From contig CADEDH010000002.1 of NCBI GenBank assembly GCA_902826025.1, positions 51,487-115,486 on the forward strand: 64,000 nt of DNA. The letters run 5' to 3'. This DNA comes from an uncultured Actinomycetes bacterium. Its GTDB lineage: Bacteria > Actinomycetota > Acidimicrobiia > Acidimicrobiales > SZUA-35. Shown here in pieces: positions 39,851 through 48,580 of this stretch. A model generated the notes under the pieces. It had not been told where the DNA came from, made no database searches, and worked only from the letters and a program-made list of their open reading frames with translations. The first letter of the stretch is position 1; every line of letters begins with the position of its first letter. A program made the translations under genes and the position numbers.

Positions 39851-41107
39851 GTGACGCTGCCCGCTGACGAGATCGAGACCGTCGTCTCGACGGGCCGGAG
39901 TTGGTCGCGGCGAGTGCGGTCGGATCGGGTCCGGCCTCCTCGAAGCCCCCTGGCCATCGTGACCCTGCTGTGCGTGTCGGCCATGGGTACGTTCGTCTCC
40001 CAGGGGCTCCTGTACCCGGCCCTCCCCCTCTACCTGCACGACGTACTGGGCACGTCGCTGGGTACGGCCGGCCTGATCATGAGCTCGCAGTCGATCTCGG
40101 CCGTGGTGGCCCGGCCCTGGTCCGGGCGCCGGCTCGATACGAAGGGCCGCAAGCCGTTCCTCGTGTTCGGCCCCCTGCTCACCCTGGGTACGGCGATCGG
40201 GCTCCTGACGCTGAAGACCGAGCTGGCTGTCCTGGTGCTCCGCATGCTCCAGGGCGTGGCCAACGCCATGTTCTACGGGGCGGCGACAGCCACTGTGGCC
40301 GACGTGGCCCCGCCCGAGAAGCGGGCAACGTTCCTGGCCCGCTACAGCCTGTTCTTCTACCTCGGCTTCGCCATCGGCCCCGCCATCGCCGAGGCCCTGA
40401 TCGTGAATGTCGGCTTCGATGCCGTGTGGTGGACCGTGATCGGCGCCTCAGCCTTCGGGGCGGCACTGGCCCTGCTGCTACCCGAGACCGGTACCCGTAA
40501 CCCCGATGCGGCCAAGCTGCCGCTGATGTCCCGTCTGTTCCATCCCGATGCCGTGGGGCCCGGCATCCCCTACTTCTGTGCCGGCATCGGCTGGACCGCC
40601 ATCGGAGCCTTCCTGGCCCTCTACGCCCGTCACATCGGGATGGGGAACTCCGGGTGGCTGTTCGCCGCGTTGTCGGCCACCGTGATCGTCACCCGGTCGT
40701 TGTCGGGCAACATGGCCGACCGGGTGGGACGGCGGGCCGTGGCCGTGCCCTGCTCCCTGGCCTGCGCCGTGGGGCTCGGGATCCTGGCCGCGTTCCCCGT
40801 TCCCGTCATGGCCTTCGTGGGTGTGATGCTGTTCGCCGCCGGCTACGCCGGCCTGTTCCCCACGATGCTGGCGATGGTGGTGGACAAAGCTCCGCCGGCC
40901 GAGCGGGGCCAGGCCATGGGCTCGTTCAACATGTTCTTCGACGTGGGCGCCCCCCTGGGCGGCTTCGCCACCGGCCGCCTGGTCGACGTGTCGGGCTACG
41001 GCGCCGGATTCGGCACCATGGCCGCCATCGGAGCGGTGGGGTCGCTCCTGTTGATCTTCCGGGTGACCGACAACGGCCTCCCCTTCCGCCGCCGCCCCGT
41101 CGCCTGA
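39851..41107 (+). CDS. MFS transporter
   Basis: 12-TM-like hydrophobic profile, with GRRLDTKGRKP (MFS loop 2-3 motif) and DRVGRR. The start is uncertain: the track start at 39812 lies inside the hairpin, so the GTG at 39851 was used. Confidence 0.7.
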   Translation: MTLPADEIETVVSTGRSWSRRVRSDRVRPPRSPLAIVTLLCVSAMGTFVSQGLLYPALPLYLHDVLGTSLGTAGLIMSSQSISAVVARPWSGRRLDTKGRKPFLVFGPLLTLGTAIGLLTLKTELAVLVLRMLQGVANAMFYGAATATVADVAPPEKRATFLARYSLFFYLGFAIGPAIAEALIVNVGFDAVWWTVIGASAFGAALALLLPETGTRNPDAAKLPLMSRLFHPDAVGPGIPYFCAGIGWTAIGAFLALYARHIGMGNSGWLFAALSATVIVTRSLSGNMADRVGRRAVAVPCSLACAVGLGILAAFPVPVMAFVGVMLFAAGYAGLFPTMLAMVVDKAPPAERGQAMGSFNMFFDVGAPLGGFATGRLVDVSGYGAGFGTMAAIGAVGSLLLIFRVTDNGLPFRRRPVA

Positions 41108-41368
41108 GCCTGTCCGGAGCGATGACCGGCCGGCGATCCTCTCCCGGCTCGAGCGGAACCTTGCTGTATCAGAGCGTGGTGGACCGTTCTCTCCTATCGG
41201 TGTGGTGAACGGCGGTACGCATCGAGGCTCGGGCGCCGATCTACTGGCGGCGGGTCGACTGGGTGAAGCCAGGCAGCAGTTCCGGTTGGAGGTGGCCCGA
41301 GCGGACGCCGATGGCGATCCGGGCTGTCTCGCCGAAGCGGCTCTCGGTCTCGGTGCCCGGCCCCCCTC

Positions 41369-41851
41369 TCAGGCGTCGGCGACGACGAACAGGATCTCGG
41401 CCTCGGCCGCCGTCTCGCCTCCCACCGACGCCCGGCCGATACCCCGGCCGGCCCGGCTGCCGAGGCGGCCCATCGTGACCTCCAGGTCGAGCCGGTCGCC
41501 CGGCACCACCTGGCGCCGGAACCTTGCCTTGTCGGTGCCGGCCAGCAGGGGGATCTTCCCCCTGAAGCGAGGATCGGCCAGCACGGCACACGCCCCGACC
41601 TGGGCCAGAGCCTCGATCATCAACACCCCGGGCAGCGTGGGCCGGCCGGGGAAATGGCCGGAAAAGAACCACTCGTCGCCGGTGAGCCGCCAGTAGCCCC
41701 GGACCTCCTGGCCCGGGATCAGCGACACCAGCTCGGTCACGAACAGGAATGGGGGCCGGTGGGGCAACATGGCCGCCGGCTCGGGCAGGGGGCGTCCCTC
41801 GCCACCCGGATCGGTGTCAGTCATATCGTCTTCCGCCCTCCTCCCGCTCAC
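41369..41851 (-). CDS. fabZ: 3-hydroxyacyl-ACP dehydratase (FabZ-like hotdog fold)
   Basis: LPHRPPFLFV...FFSGHFPGRPTLPGVLMIEALAQ...GKIPLLAGTDKARFRRQVVPGD. Confidence 0.8.
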   Translation of the reverse strand: MSGRRAEDDMTDTDPGGEGRPLPEPAAMLPHRPPFLFVTELVSLIPGQEVRGYWRLTGDEWFFSGHFPGRPTLPGVLMIEALAQVGACAVLADPRFRGKIPLLAGTDKARFRRQVVPGDRLDLEVTMGRLGSRAGRGIGRASVGGETAAEAEILFVVADA

Positions 41852-41928
41852 CGTCCAGCCGACGTTCGACGTCGACCGGACGGTTCGCGAGCCTCTCCCA
41901 GCATCTGCCGGGGCACCGTACCGTCGGC

Positions 41929-42225
41929 TCAGGCCGGGGGATGCTCGGTTCCCCGGGCGTAGGCCTTCAGCTTGTTGCCGGCGGTCACCTTCACCGCGTT
42001 GGCCGCCGGGATGGTGATCGGCTCCCCAGTCTGGGGGTTGAAGCCCTTCCGGGCCTTCCGGTTCACCTGCTCGAACGATACGAACCCGGGGATCGTCACC
42101 TTGTCCTCGCCCTTCGCCACGACCTGGGACACCTCGACGAAGAGACCATCGATGACGGCGCCGACGTCCTTCTTGGAGATCCCGGTCCGCTCGGCGATCT
42201 GGTCGATCAGTTCCGTCTTGTTCAC
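41929..42225 (-). CDS. hup: Nucleoid-associated DNA-binding protein HU
   Basis: MNKTELIDQIAERTGISKKDVGAVIDGLF...GFVSFEQVNRKARKGFNPQTGEPITIPA. GTG start with AAGGAG 5 nt upstream. Confidence 0.92.
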   Translation of the reverse strand: MNKTELIDQIAERTGISKKDVGAVIDGLFVEVSQVVAKGEDKVTIPGFVSFEQVNRKARKGFNPQTGEPITIPAANAVKVTAGNKLKAYARGTEHPPA

Positions 42226-42246
42226 TTGTGCTCCTTGTGTGGGACG

Positions 42247-42308
42247 CTGCCCTCGGGGCAGGTACGAGACTGCCCTCGGGGCAGGTACGAGACTGCCGTC
42301 GGGGGCAG
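42247..42308. repeat. Three tandem hairpin units in the hup leader (23-bp period)
   Basis: ctgccctcggggcaggtacgaga x2 (perfect copies), then ctgccgtcgggggcag. Each unit contains the inverted repeat CTGCC-N5/6-GGCAG. The array begins 21 nt upstream of the hup start codon. Confidence 0.9.
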
Positions 42309-42438
42309 CCAGGCCAAAGTGGAGTCGGCCCGAATCACAAAGTCAAGGATTTGGTGATCTTTCACGCCCCGGAACCCGCCCCGGGAGCGGGCTGTCGGCG
42401 TCGGATCAAACTACACGACGCCCCGGCCGGCCGGTTGA

Positions 42439-42924
42439 TCAGGCCTGGTTCATCATGGCCAGGCTGGCCTGGTCGAAGTACTGGCGGAAGAGGCTCTTGG
42501 CCTCCTCCGGAGCGTCGGACTCCTCTACCGCGGCCGACATGTGGGTCAGCCAGGCGTCCCGCTCGGCCCGGCCGATCACGAACGGGAAGTGCCGCATCCG
42601 TAGCCGGGGATGACCCCGGTGGTTGCTGTAGGTGGCGGGCCCGCCCCAGTACTGACACAGAAACAGGGTGAGCCACTGCCGGGACTCGGTGAGGTCTTCG
42701 GGGTAGCTGGGGCGGAGCAACGGATCGGCCGCCACCCCCTCGTAGAAGCGGTCCACCAGCCGGGCGAAGAACGGTGCCCCGCCCACCACCTCGTAGACCG
42801 TGTGTAACGGGATCCCCGGCTCCGGGACTGATTCAGTGACTGAATCCGGGGCCGGCCGGGGATCCGACTGTTGCCCAGGGTGCTCGCTCACGGGGGCACC
42901 ATACGTTGTTTTTCGTCCGACCAT
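42439..42924 (-). CDS. glbO: Group II truncated haemoglobin (trHbO)
   Basis: VYEVVGGAPFFARLVDRFYEGVAADPLLRPSYPEDL...FLCQYWGGPATYSNHRGHPRLRMRHFPF...ERDAWLTHM closely parallels mycobacterial GlbO as I recall it. The start is the ATG at 42924 or the GTG at 42891. Confidence 0.85.
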   Translation of the reverse strand: MVGRKTTYGAPVSEHPGQQSDPRPAPDSVTESVPEPGIPLHTVYEVVGGAPFFARLVDRFYEGVAADPLLRPSYPEDLTESRQWLTLFLCQYWGGPATYSNHRGHPRLRMRHFPFVIGRAERDAWLTHMSAAVEESDAPEEAKSLFRQYFDQASLAMMNQA

Positions 42925-42935
42925 GTCAGGATGCA

Positions 42936-42961
42936 GGAATGAACCTCCACCCGGTCCGGTT
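42936..42961 (+). promoter_or_regulatory. Candidate SigR/SigH-type autoregulatory promoter (GGAAT-N18-GTT)
   Basis: GGAAT at 42936-42940, exactly 18 nt, then GTT at 42959-42961, which is 9 nt upstream of the first possible ATG (42971) of the sigma gene. This matches the published SigR/SigH consensus as I recall it. Confidence 0.5.
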
Positions 42962-42970
42962 CCGTTGCCG

Positions 42971-43528
42971 ATGGTGTTGCTCATGACCCCGGCCACCGAC
43001 ACCACGGCCTCCTTCGAGCAGTACGTGCTGCCCGAGCTGGACCTCCTCTACCGCACGGCGCGATCGCTCACCCGCTCCGACGCCGATGCCCAGGATCTGG
43101 TTCAGGAGACGCTGCTGCGGGCCTACCGGGCGATCAACCGGTTCGACGGCCGCTACCCCCGGGCGTGGCTGCTCACCATCATGCGCAACGCCAACATCAA
43201 CCGGGCCCGCAAGCGCCAACCCGACCTCCTGGCCGACCCCGACCTGACCTTCGAACATTCCACCCAGGCCGCCAACACCGTCGGCCCCGAGGATCTGGTG
43301 GTTGGGGCCACGTTCGACGCCACCGTGGAGGCGGCCTACAACGCCTTACCCGACAAGTTCCGCGAGGTGGTGGAGCTGGTCGATCTGAACGGGCTGTCGT
43401 ACCAGGAGACGGCCGACGTGCTCGAAGTGCCGGTGGGAACCGTCATGTCCCGCCTCCACCGGGCCCGCAAGCGCATACGGGACCACATCGCCGAGGTGGG
43501 GCTCGACGCCCTGGGAGGTGGGCACTGA
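42971..43528 (+). CDS. ECF-type RNA polymerase sigma factor (SigR/SigH-like)
   Basis: Region 2 is DAQDLVQETLLRAYRAINRFDGRYPRAWLLTIMRN. Region 4 is LSYQETADVLEVPVGTVMSRLHRARKRI. The start is 42971 or 42983. Confidence 0.85.
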   Translation: MVLLMTPATDTTASFEQYVLPELDLLYRTARSLTRSDADAQDLVQETLLRAYRAINRFDGRYPRAWLLTIMRNANINRARKRQPDLLADPDLTFEHSTQAANTVGPEDLVVGATFDATVEAAYNALPDKFREVVELVDLNGLSYQETADVLEVPVGTVMSRLHRARKRIRDHIAEVGLDALGGGH

Positions 43529-43529
43529 C

Positions 43530-43787
43530 ATGCCAGGGTCGGATCCGCGGGATATGTCGTGCGAGGAGGTGCTGCTCGCGCTCCAGTCCTACCTCGACGG
43601 CGAGACCGCCACCGGTGAGGCCCGCCAGATGATCGGCCACCTCGACCTGTGCCCGGACTGCGATCACGAACGACAGATCTACGCCGACATCAAACGAGCC
43701 TTGATCACCTGCCGGTCCTCGATCGACCCCGACGTGCTGCATGCGCTACAGGCCTACGGGCAGCGGGTGGCCCGGGGCGAGATCTGA
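43530..43787 (+). CDS. Zinc-binding anti-sigma factor (ZAS family, cytoplasmic RsrA/RshA-like)
   Basis: MSCEEVLLALQSYLDGE...IGHLDLCPDCDHE carries the H-x3-C-x2-C motif plus an N-terminal Cys. There is no TM segment. The start is 43530 or 43554. Confidence 0.8.
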   Translation: MPGSDPRDMSCEEVLLALQSYLDGETATGEARQMIGHLDLCPDCDHERQIYADIKRALITCRSSIDPDVLHALQAYGQRVARGEI

Positions 43788-43798
43788 GTGCAACCCCT

Positions 43799-43821
43799 CG
43801 TCGGAGGCGAAACCTCCGACG
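43799..43821 (+). terminator. Short hairpin after the anti-sigma gene
   Basis: cgtcggagg-cgaaa-cctccgacg followed by ctggtcgtttcc (weak T-tract). Confidence 0.35.
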
Positions 43822-43859
43822 CTGGTCGTTTCCCCCCGAACGTGCTAGAGTTCACCTCG

Positions 43860-43910
43860 GTGCGTTTTCTGCTCGACCTTCGACTTCGACTTCTGGGCCC
43901 GGCCGCTTAA
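43860..43910 (+). promoter_or_regulatory. Candidate leucine-rich leader peptide ORF upstream of leuA
   Basis: GTG CGT TTT CTG CTC GAC CTT CGA CTT CGA CTT CTG GGC CCG GCC GCT TAA = (M)RFLLDLRLRLLGPAA. Six of 16 codons are Leu, and three are CTT, which looks rare in this GC-rich sequence. No clear SD, and no clear terminator/antiterminator was found. Confidence 0.25.
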
Positions 43911-44010
43911 CCAAGCGCGCCGGGTTACCTGTGTCGGGAGTCGAGGACGACGAGACGGAGTCGAGCCAGACCCAGCACCACCGGGCCCCCATTCGGGGGC
44001 AGCGAGGTGA

Positions 44011-45870
<1,860 letters not shown>

Positions 45871-45893
45871 TCCCTCCCCCGTCGGGATTCTGA

Positions 45894-45934
45894 GGAGCCT
45901 GAGCCGCGCTGAGCGCGGCTCAGGCTCCTTTTTT
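45894..45934 (+). terminator. Rho-independent terminator of leuA; copy A of a repeated palindromic element
   Basis: ggagcctgagccgcgc-tga-gcgcggctcaggctcc (16-bp perfect stem) followed by tttttt. The stem is nearly identical to the one at 50738-50772. Confidence 0.85.
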
Positions 45935-45982
45935 CGGTTCGTCGCCCTTCAGTAACCGGTTGGTTACCGCTAGAGTGCGGCC

Positions 45983-46306
45983 ATGAGCGCCGAGCTCCAT
46001 GCCGCCGTCCTCGACGCCCTGGGCGACCCCAACCGCCGTCGGATCCTGGAGATCGTGGCCGAGGGCCCCCTGCCGGTGCAGGCCATCGCCGACCGCCTGC
46101 CGATCAGCCGGCCGGCGGTGTCCCGTCACCTCCGGCTGCTGAAGAGGGCTGAGCTGGTGACCGACGAGATCGTCGGCACGCGACATCTGTACCGGCTCCG
46201 CTCCGAGGGGGCTGACGCCGTGCGGGCCTACTTCGCCGAACTCTGGGGCGAGGCGGCGGCCCGGTTTAAGCTGGTGGCCGACAACACCGCACCGGACCAG
46301 CCATGA
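45983..46306 (+). CDS. ArsR/SmtB family transcriptional regulator
   Basis: LGDPNRRRILEIVAEGPLPVQAIADRLPISRPAVSRHLRLLKRAELV. Confidence 0.85.
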   Translation: MSAELHAAVLDALGDPNRRRILEIVAEGPLPVQAIADRLPISRPAVSRHLRLLKRAELVTDEIVGTRHLYRLRSEGADAVRAYFAELWGEAAARFKLVADNTAPDQP

Positions 46307-46803
46307 GCGACGACGGCACCCCGCCAGACGGCACCGCGCCGGACGGCGCCGACGTGGTGCCGCCCCTGGACGTCGAGCTGGTGGTGGCCGCATCGCCAGA
46401 TCACGCCTTCGCGCTGTGGACCGCCCGCACCAGCCTGTGGTGGCCGGCCAGCCACACGATCAGCGGCAATCCGGCCCGGATCGTGTTCGAGCCCACCCCG
46501 GGCGGCCGCATCTACGAGCAGGGCCCCGACGGGGCCGAGCACCCGTGGGGCGAAGTCGTCGCCTTCGACCCGCCCCGGCGGATCACCTACTGGTGGCACC
46601 TGTTCTTCGACCGGGCCGAGGCCACCCTGGTGGATGTCACGTTCGAACCGGTGCCCGACGGCACCCGGGTCCACCTGACCCAGCGCGGCTGGGACGCTCT
46701 GGGCGACCAGGGCCCGCCCCGGCGGGAGCGCACGGCCATGGCCTGGAGTCACATCATGCAGCTTTTCGACCAGGCCGCCGTCAGCACCCCGCCGCCGACC
46801 TGA
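46303..46803 (+). CDS. SRPBCC/AHSA1-domain protein
   Basis: The ATGA overlaps the ArsR stop. ASPDHAFALWT...WWPASHTISG...GGRIYEQGPDG...WGEVVAFDPPRRITYWWH. This is the typical ArsR-AHSA1 gene pair. Confidence 0.8.
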   Translation: MSDDGTPPDGTAPDGADVVPPLDVELVVAASPDHAFALWTARTSLWWPASHTISGNPARIVFEPTPGGRIYEQGPDGAEHPWGEVVAFDPPRRITYWWHLFFDRAEATLVDVTFEPVPDGTRVHLTQRGWDALGDQGPPRRERTAMAWSHIMQLFDQAAVSTPPPT

Positions 46804-46830
46804 CCGACCACGACAGACAAGGGAGACAGC

Positions 46831-47253
46831 ATGGCCGATGAGGCGATCAGCAGTGGATCCGGTACCGAGGATGATCCGTGGCGGCTCAAGACGCCGCCGC
46901 TGTCGTCGGATTACACGATGCACCGGGACGAGCGCGACGGCACCGACGTGATCGTGTGCACGGTGGGCAAGACGGTGCTCCTGTACGACGCCCGCTGCAT
47001 CGACGACCTCCACGCCATGCTGAAAGCTCACGGCGACTGGATGGACCTGGGCTCGGCCGACGAGCAGAAGCCGGCCAAGGACGGAACCGTCGAGGCGTGG
47101 GGGCGGTCGGCCGACAACCCCGTCGGCGGCTGGTACGGGCTCAAGAAGGGCCTGCGCGGCCGGTTCGGCATGTACCTGCCCCCTCTGCTCGAGCACCTGG
47201 GCCTGGCTGAGTTGGAGCACAACGCCCGCAACAACCGGATGCGGGCCATCTGA
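46831..47253 (+). CDS. Conserved hypothetical protein (140 aa)
   Basis: Clean ORF with non-repetitive composition (DDPWRLKTPPLSSDYTMHRDE...WGRSADNPVGGWYGLKKGLRGRFGMYLPPLLEHLGLAELEHNARNNRMRAI). No function was recognised. Confidence 0.6.
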   Translation: MADEAISSGSGTEDDPWRLKTPPLSSDYTMHRDERDGTDVIVCTVGKTVLLYDARCIDDLHAMLKAHGDWMDLGSADEQKPAKDGTVEAWGRSADNPVGGWYGLKKGLRGRFGMYLPPLLEHLGLAELEHNARNNRMRAI

Positions 47254-47278
47254 CCCGACGTCCCGCCGGCGGGCCCGC

Positions 47279-48019
47279 TCAGGGCCCGGCGGCGGGAAGG
47301 GCAGCCCGTACCCCGGCGGCGAAGCGGGCCAGGATCATCCCCCAGGCCCGCTCCATGTAGACGGCGTGGTCGGTGGCCCGCAGCAGTTGGGTCACCTCGA
47401 CCGTGCACCCCGCCCCGCCGTCCGGGTCGGCGGCGATCTCCAGGTAGGCCCGCCGACCGTCACCCGGGATCGGGATCTCGTCCTGCTCGAAGTCCCAGCG
47501 CATGACGACCAGGCTCGGCGCCACGGTGTGCTCATACACCCCCCGCACCCGTAGCCCCCATTCCATGGTCATGGAGAACCGGCCCCCGTCGATCGTGACC
47601 GGCACCCCCACCCACCGGGAGTAGACGGCGGGATCGGTGAACGCCAGGAAGGCCTCGGCCCGGCTGCAGGGGGCCGGCGTCGACACCACGGCGGCTCCCA
47701 CCGTATGGCCCGACGCCCGCCGCTCCCACGATCGGCCGCTGGGGCCCCACCGCCCGGCGCTGTCGCCGAGCACGGACCGCAGGCGTTGCACCTCCTCGAC
47801 CCTGGCCCGGTAGCGGCGGAACGTGCCCTGCCGGGTCATGGTCACCAGCCCGGCTCGGCGCAGCACCCCGAGGTGCGACGAGATCGTCGGCGCCCGCAGA
47901 GGGAAGGCGCCCGCGATCTCGCCGGCGGTCAGCTCCCGGTCCCACACCAGCCACAGGATCTCGCGCCGTACGGGCGAGCTGACGGCGTCGATGAGTTGCT
48001 GGGTCCGGTCCCCGGTCAA
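47279..48019 (-). CDS. ArsR-type HTH fused to an SRPBCC/AHSA1-like domain
   Basis: The N-terminus reads SPVRREILWLVWDRELTAGEIAGAFPLRAPTISSHLGVLRRAGLV. The C-terminal ~140 aa resembles AHSA1 (FTDPAVYSRWVGVPVTIDGGRFSM...). Confidence 0.8.
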   Translation of the reverse strand: MTGDRTQQLIDAVSSPVRREILWLVWDRELTAGEIAGAFPLRAPTISSHLGVLRRAGLVTMTRQGTFRRYRARVEEVQRLRSVLGDSAGRWGPSGRSWERRASGHTVGAAVVSTPAPCSRAEAFLAFTDPAVYSRWVGVPVTIDGGRFSMTMEWGLRVRGVYEHTVAPSLVVMRWDFEQDEIPIPGDGRRAYLEIAADPDGGAGCTVEVTQLLRATDHAVYMERAWGMILARFAAGVRAALPAAGP

Positions 48020-48023
48020 CCCG

Positions 48024-48500
48024 TCACCGGTTGGTGGTGTCAGCTCCCGCCAACTCGGCGGCCGCCTTCAGATCGGCGGCGTAAGCGTCGAACACGGGAA
48101 CGAAGTCGGGGAGGGACCGGGCGATCATCGGCAGCATGATGCCGCTGAACGTCTCGGTCATGCTGAACCGGGTGCCGTCGCCCCGGGGCTCGAGGCGGAA
48201 CACCCGCTCCCCCTTGAACATGGGGGCCTGCCCATCGGCCCACGTCATCGTCGTGGGGGCGTCGAAGGCCACCACCTTGGGCTTGAACGTGCGGTCGCTG
48301 ATCGGCACCGTGATGGCCAGCCGCTCACCGGGGGCGATCGCACCCTCGATGCGCGTCACGGTGGAGTTCCACGACGGCATGGCGGCCCCATCGGTGAGAA
48401 GCCCCCACACCACGGCCGGTGCGGCGTCGATGTCGGCCGACACGGTGACGGATCGCTTGAAGGTGCTGCGGGTTTCGGTAGCCATGGAGGTCCCTCCCAT
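48024..48500 (-). CDS. SRPBCC family protein (polyketide cyclase/dehydrase-like)
   Basis: FKRSVTVSADIDAAPAVVWGLLTDGAAMPSWNSTV...FRLEPRGDGTRFSMTETFSG. Confidence 0.8.
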   Translation of the reverse strand: MGGTSMATETRSTFKRSVTVSADIDAAPAVVWGLLTDGAAMPSWNSTVTRIEGAIAPGERLAITVPISDRTFKPKVVAFDAPTTMTWADGQAPMFKGERVFRLEPRGDGTRFSMTETFSGIMLPMIARSLPDFVPVFDAYAADLKAAAELAGADTTNR

Positions 48501-48580
48501 TATTCGATACGGCTCTAAGTAACAGGGAGGTTACCACTGCGGGGTCGGGTGTCGGCGCCGGGCGCTGGCAGACTGAGGCC

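Noticed and set aside
42247-42308. Possibility that this and the other tandem repeats (19702-19770, 60584-60652, 6523-6570) are CRISPR arrays
   Set aside because: The repeats are directly adjacent, or separated by one short fixed spacer. There are at most 2-6 units, no variable spacers of 25-40 nt, and no cas genes in the window.
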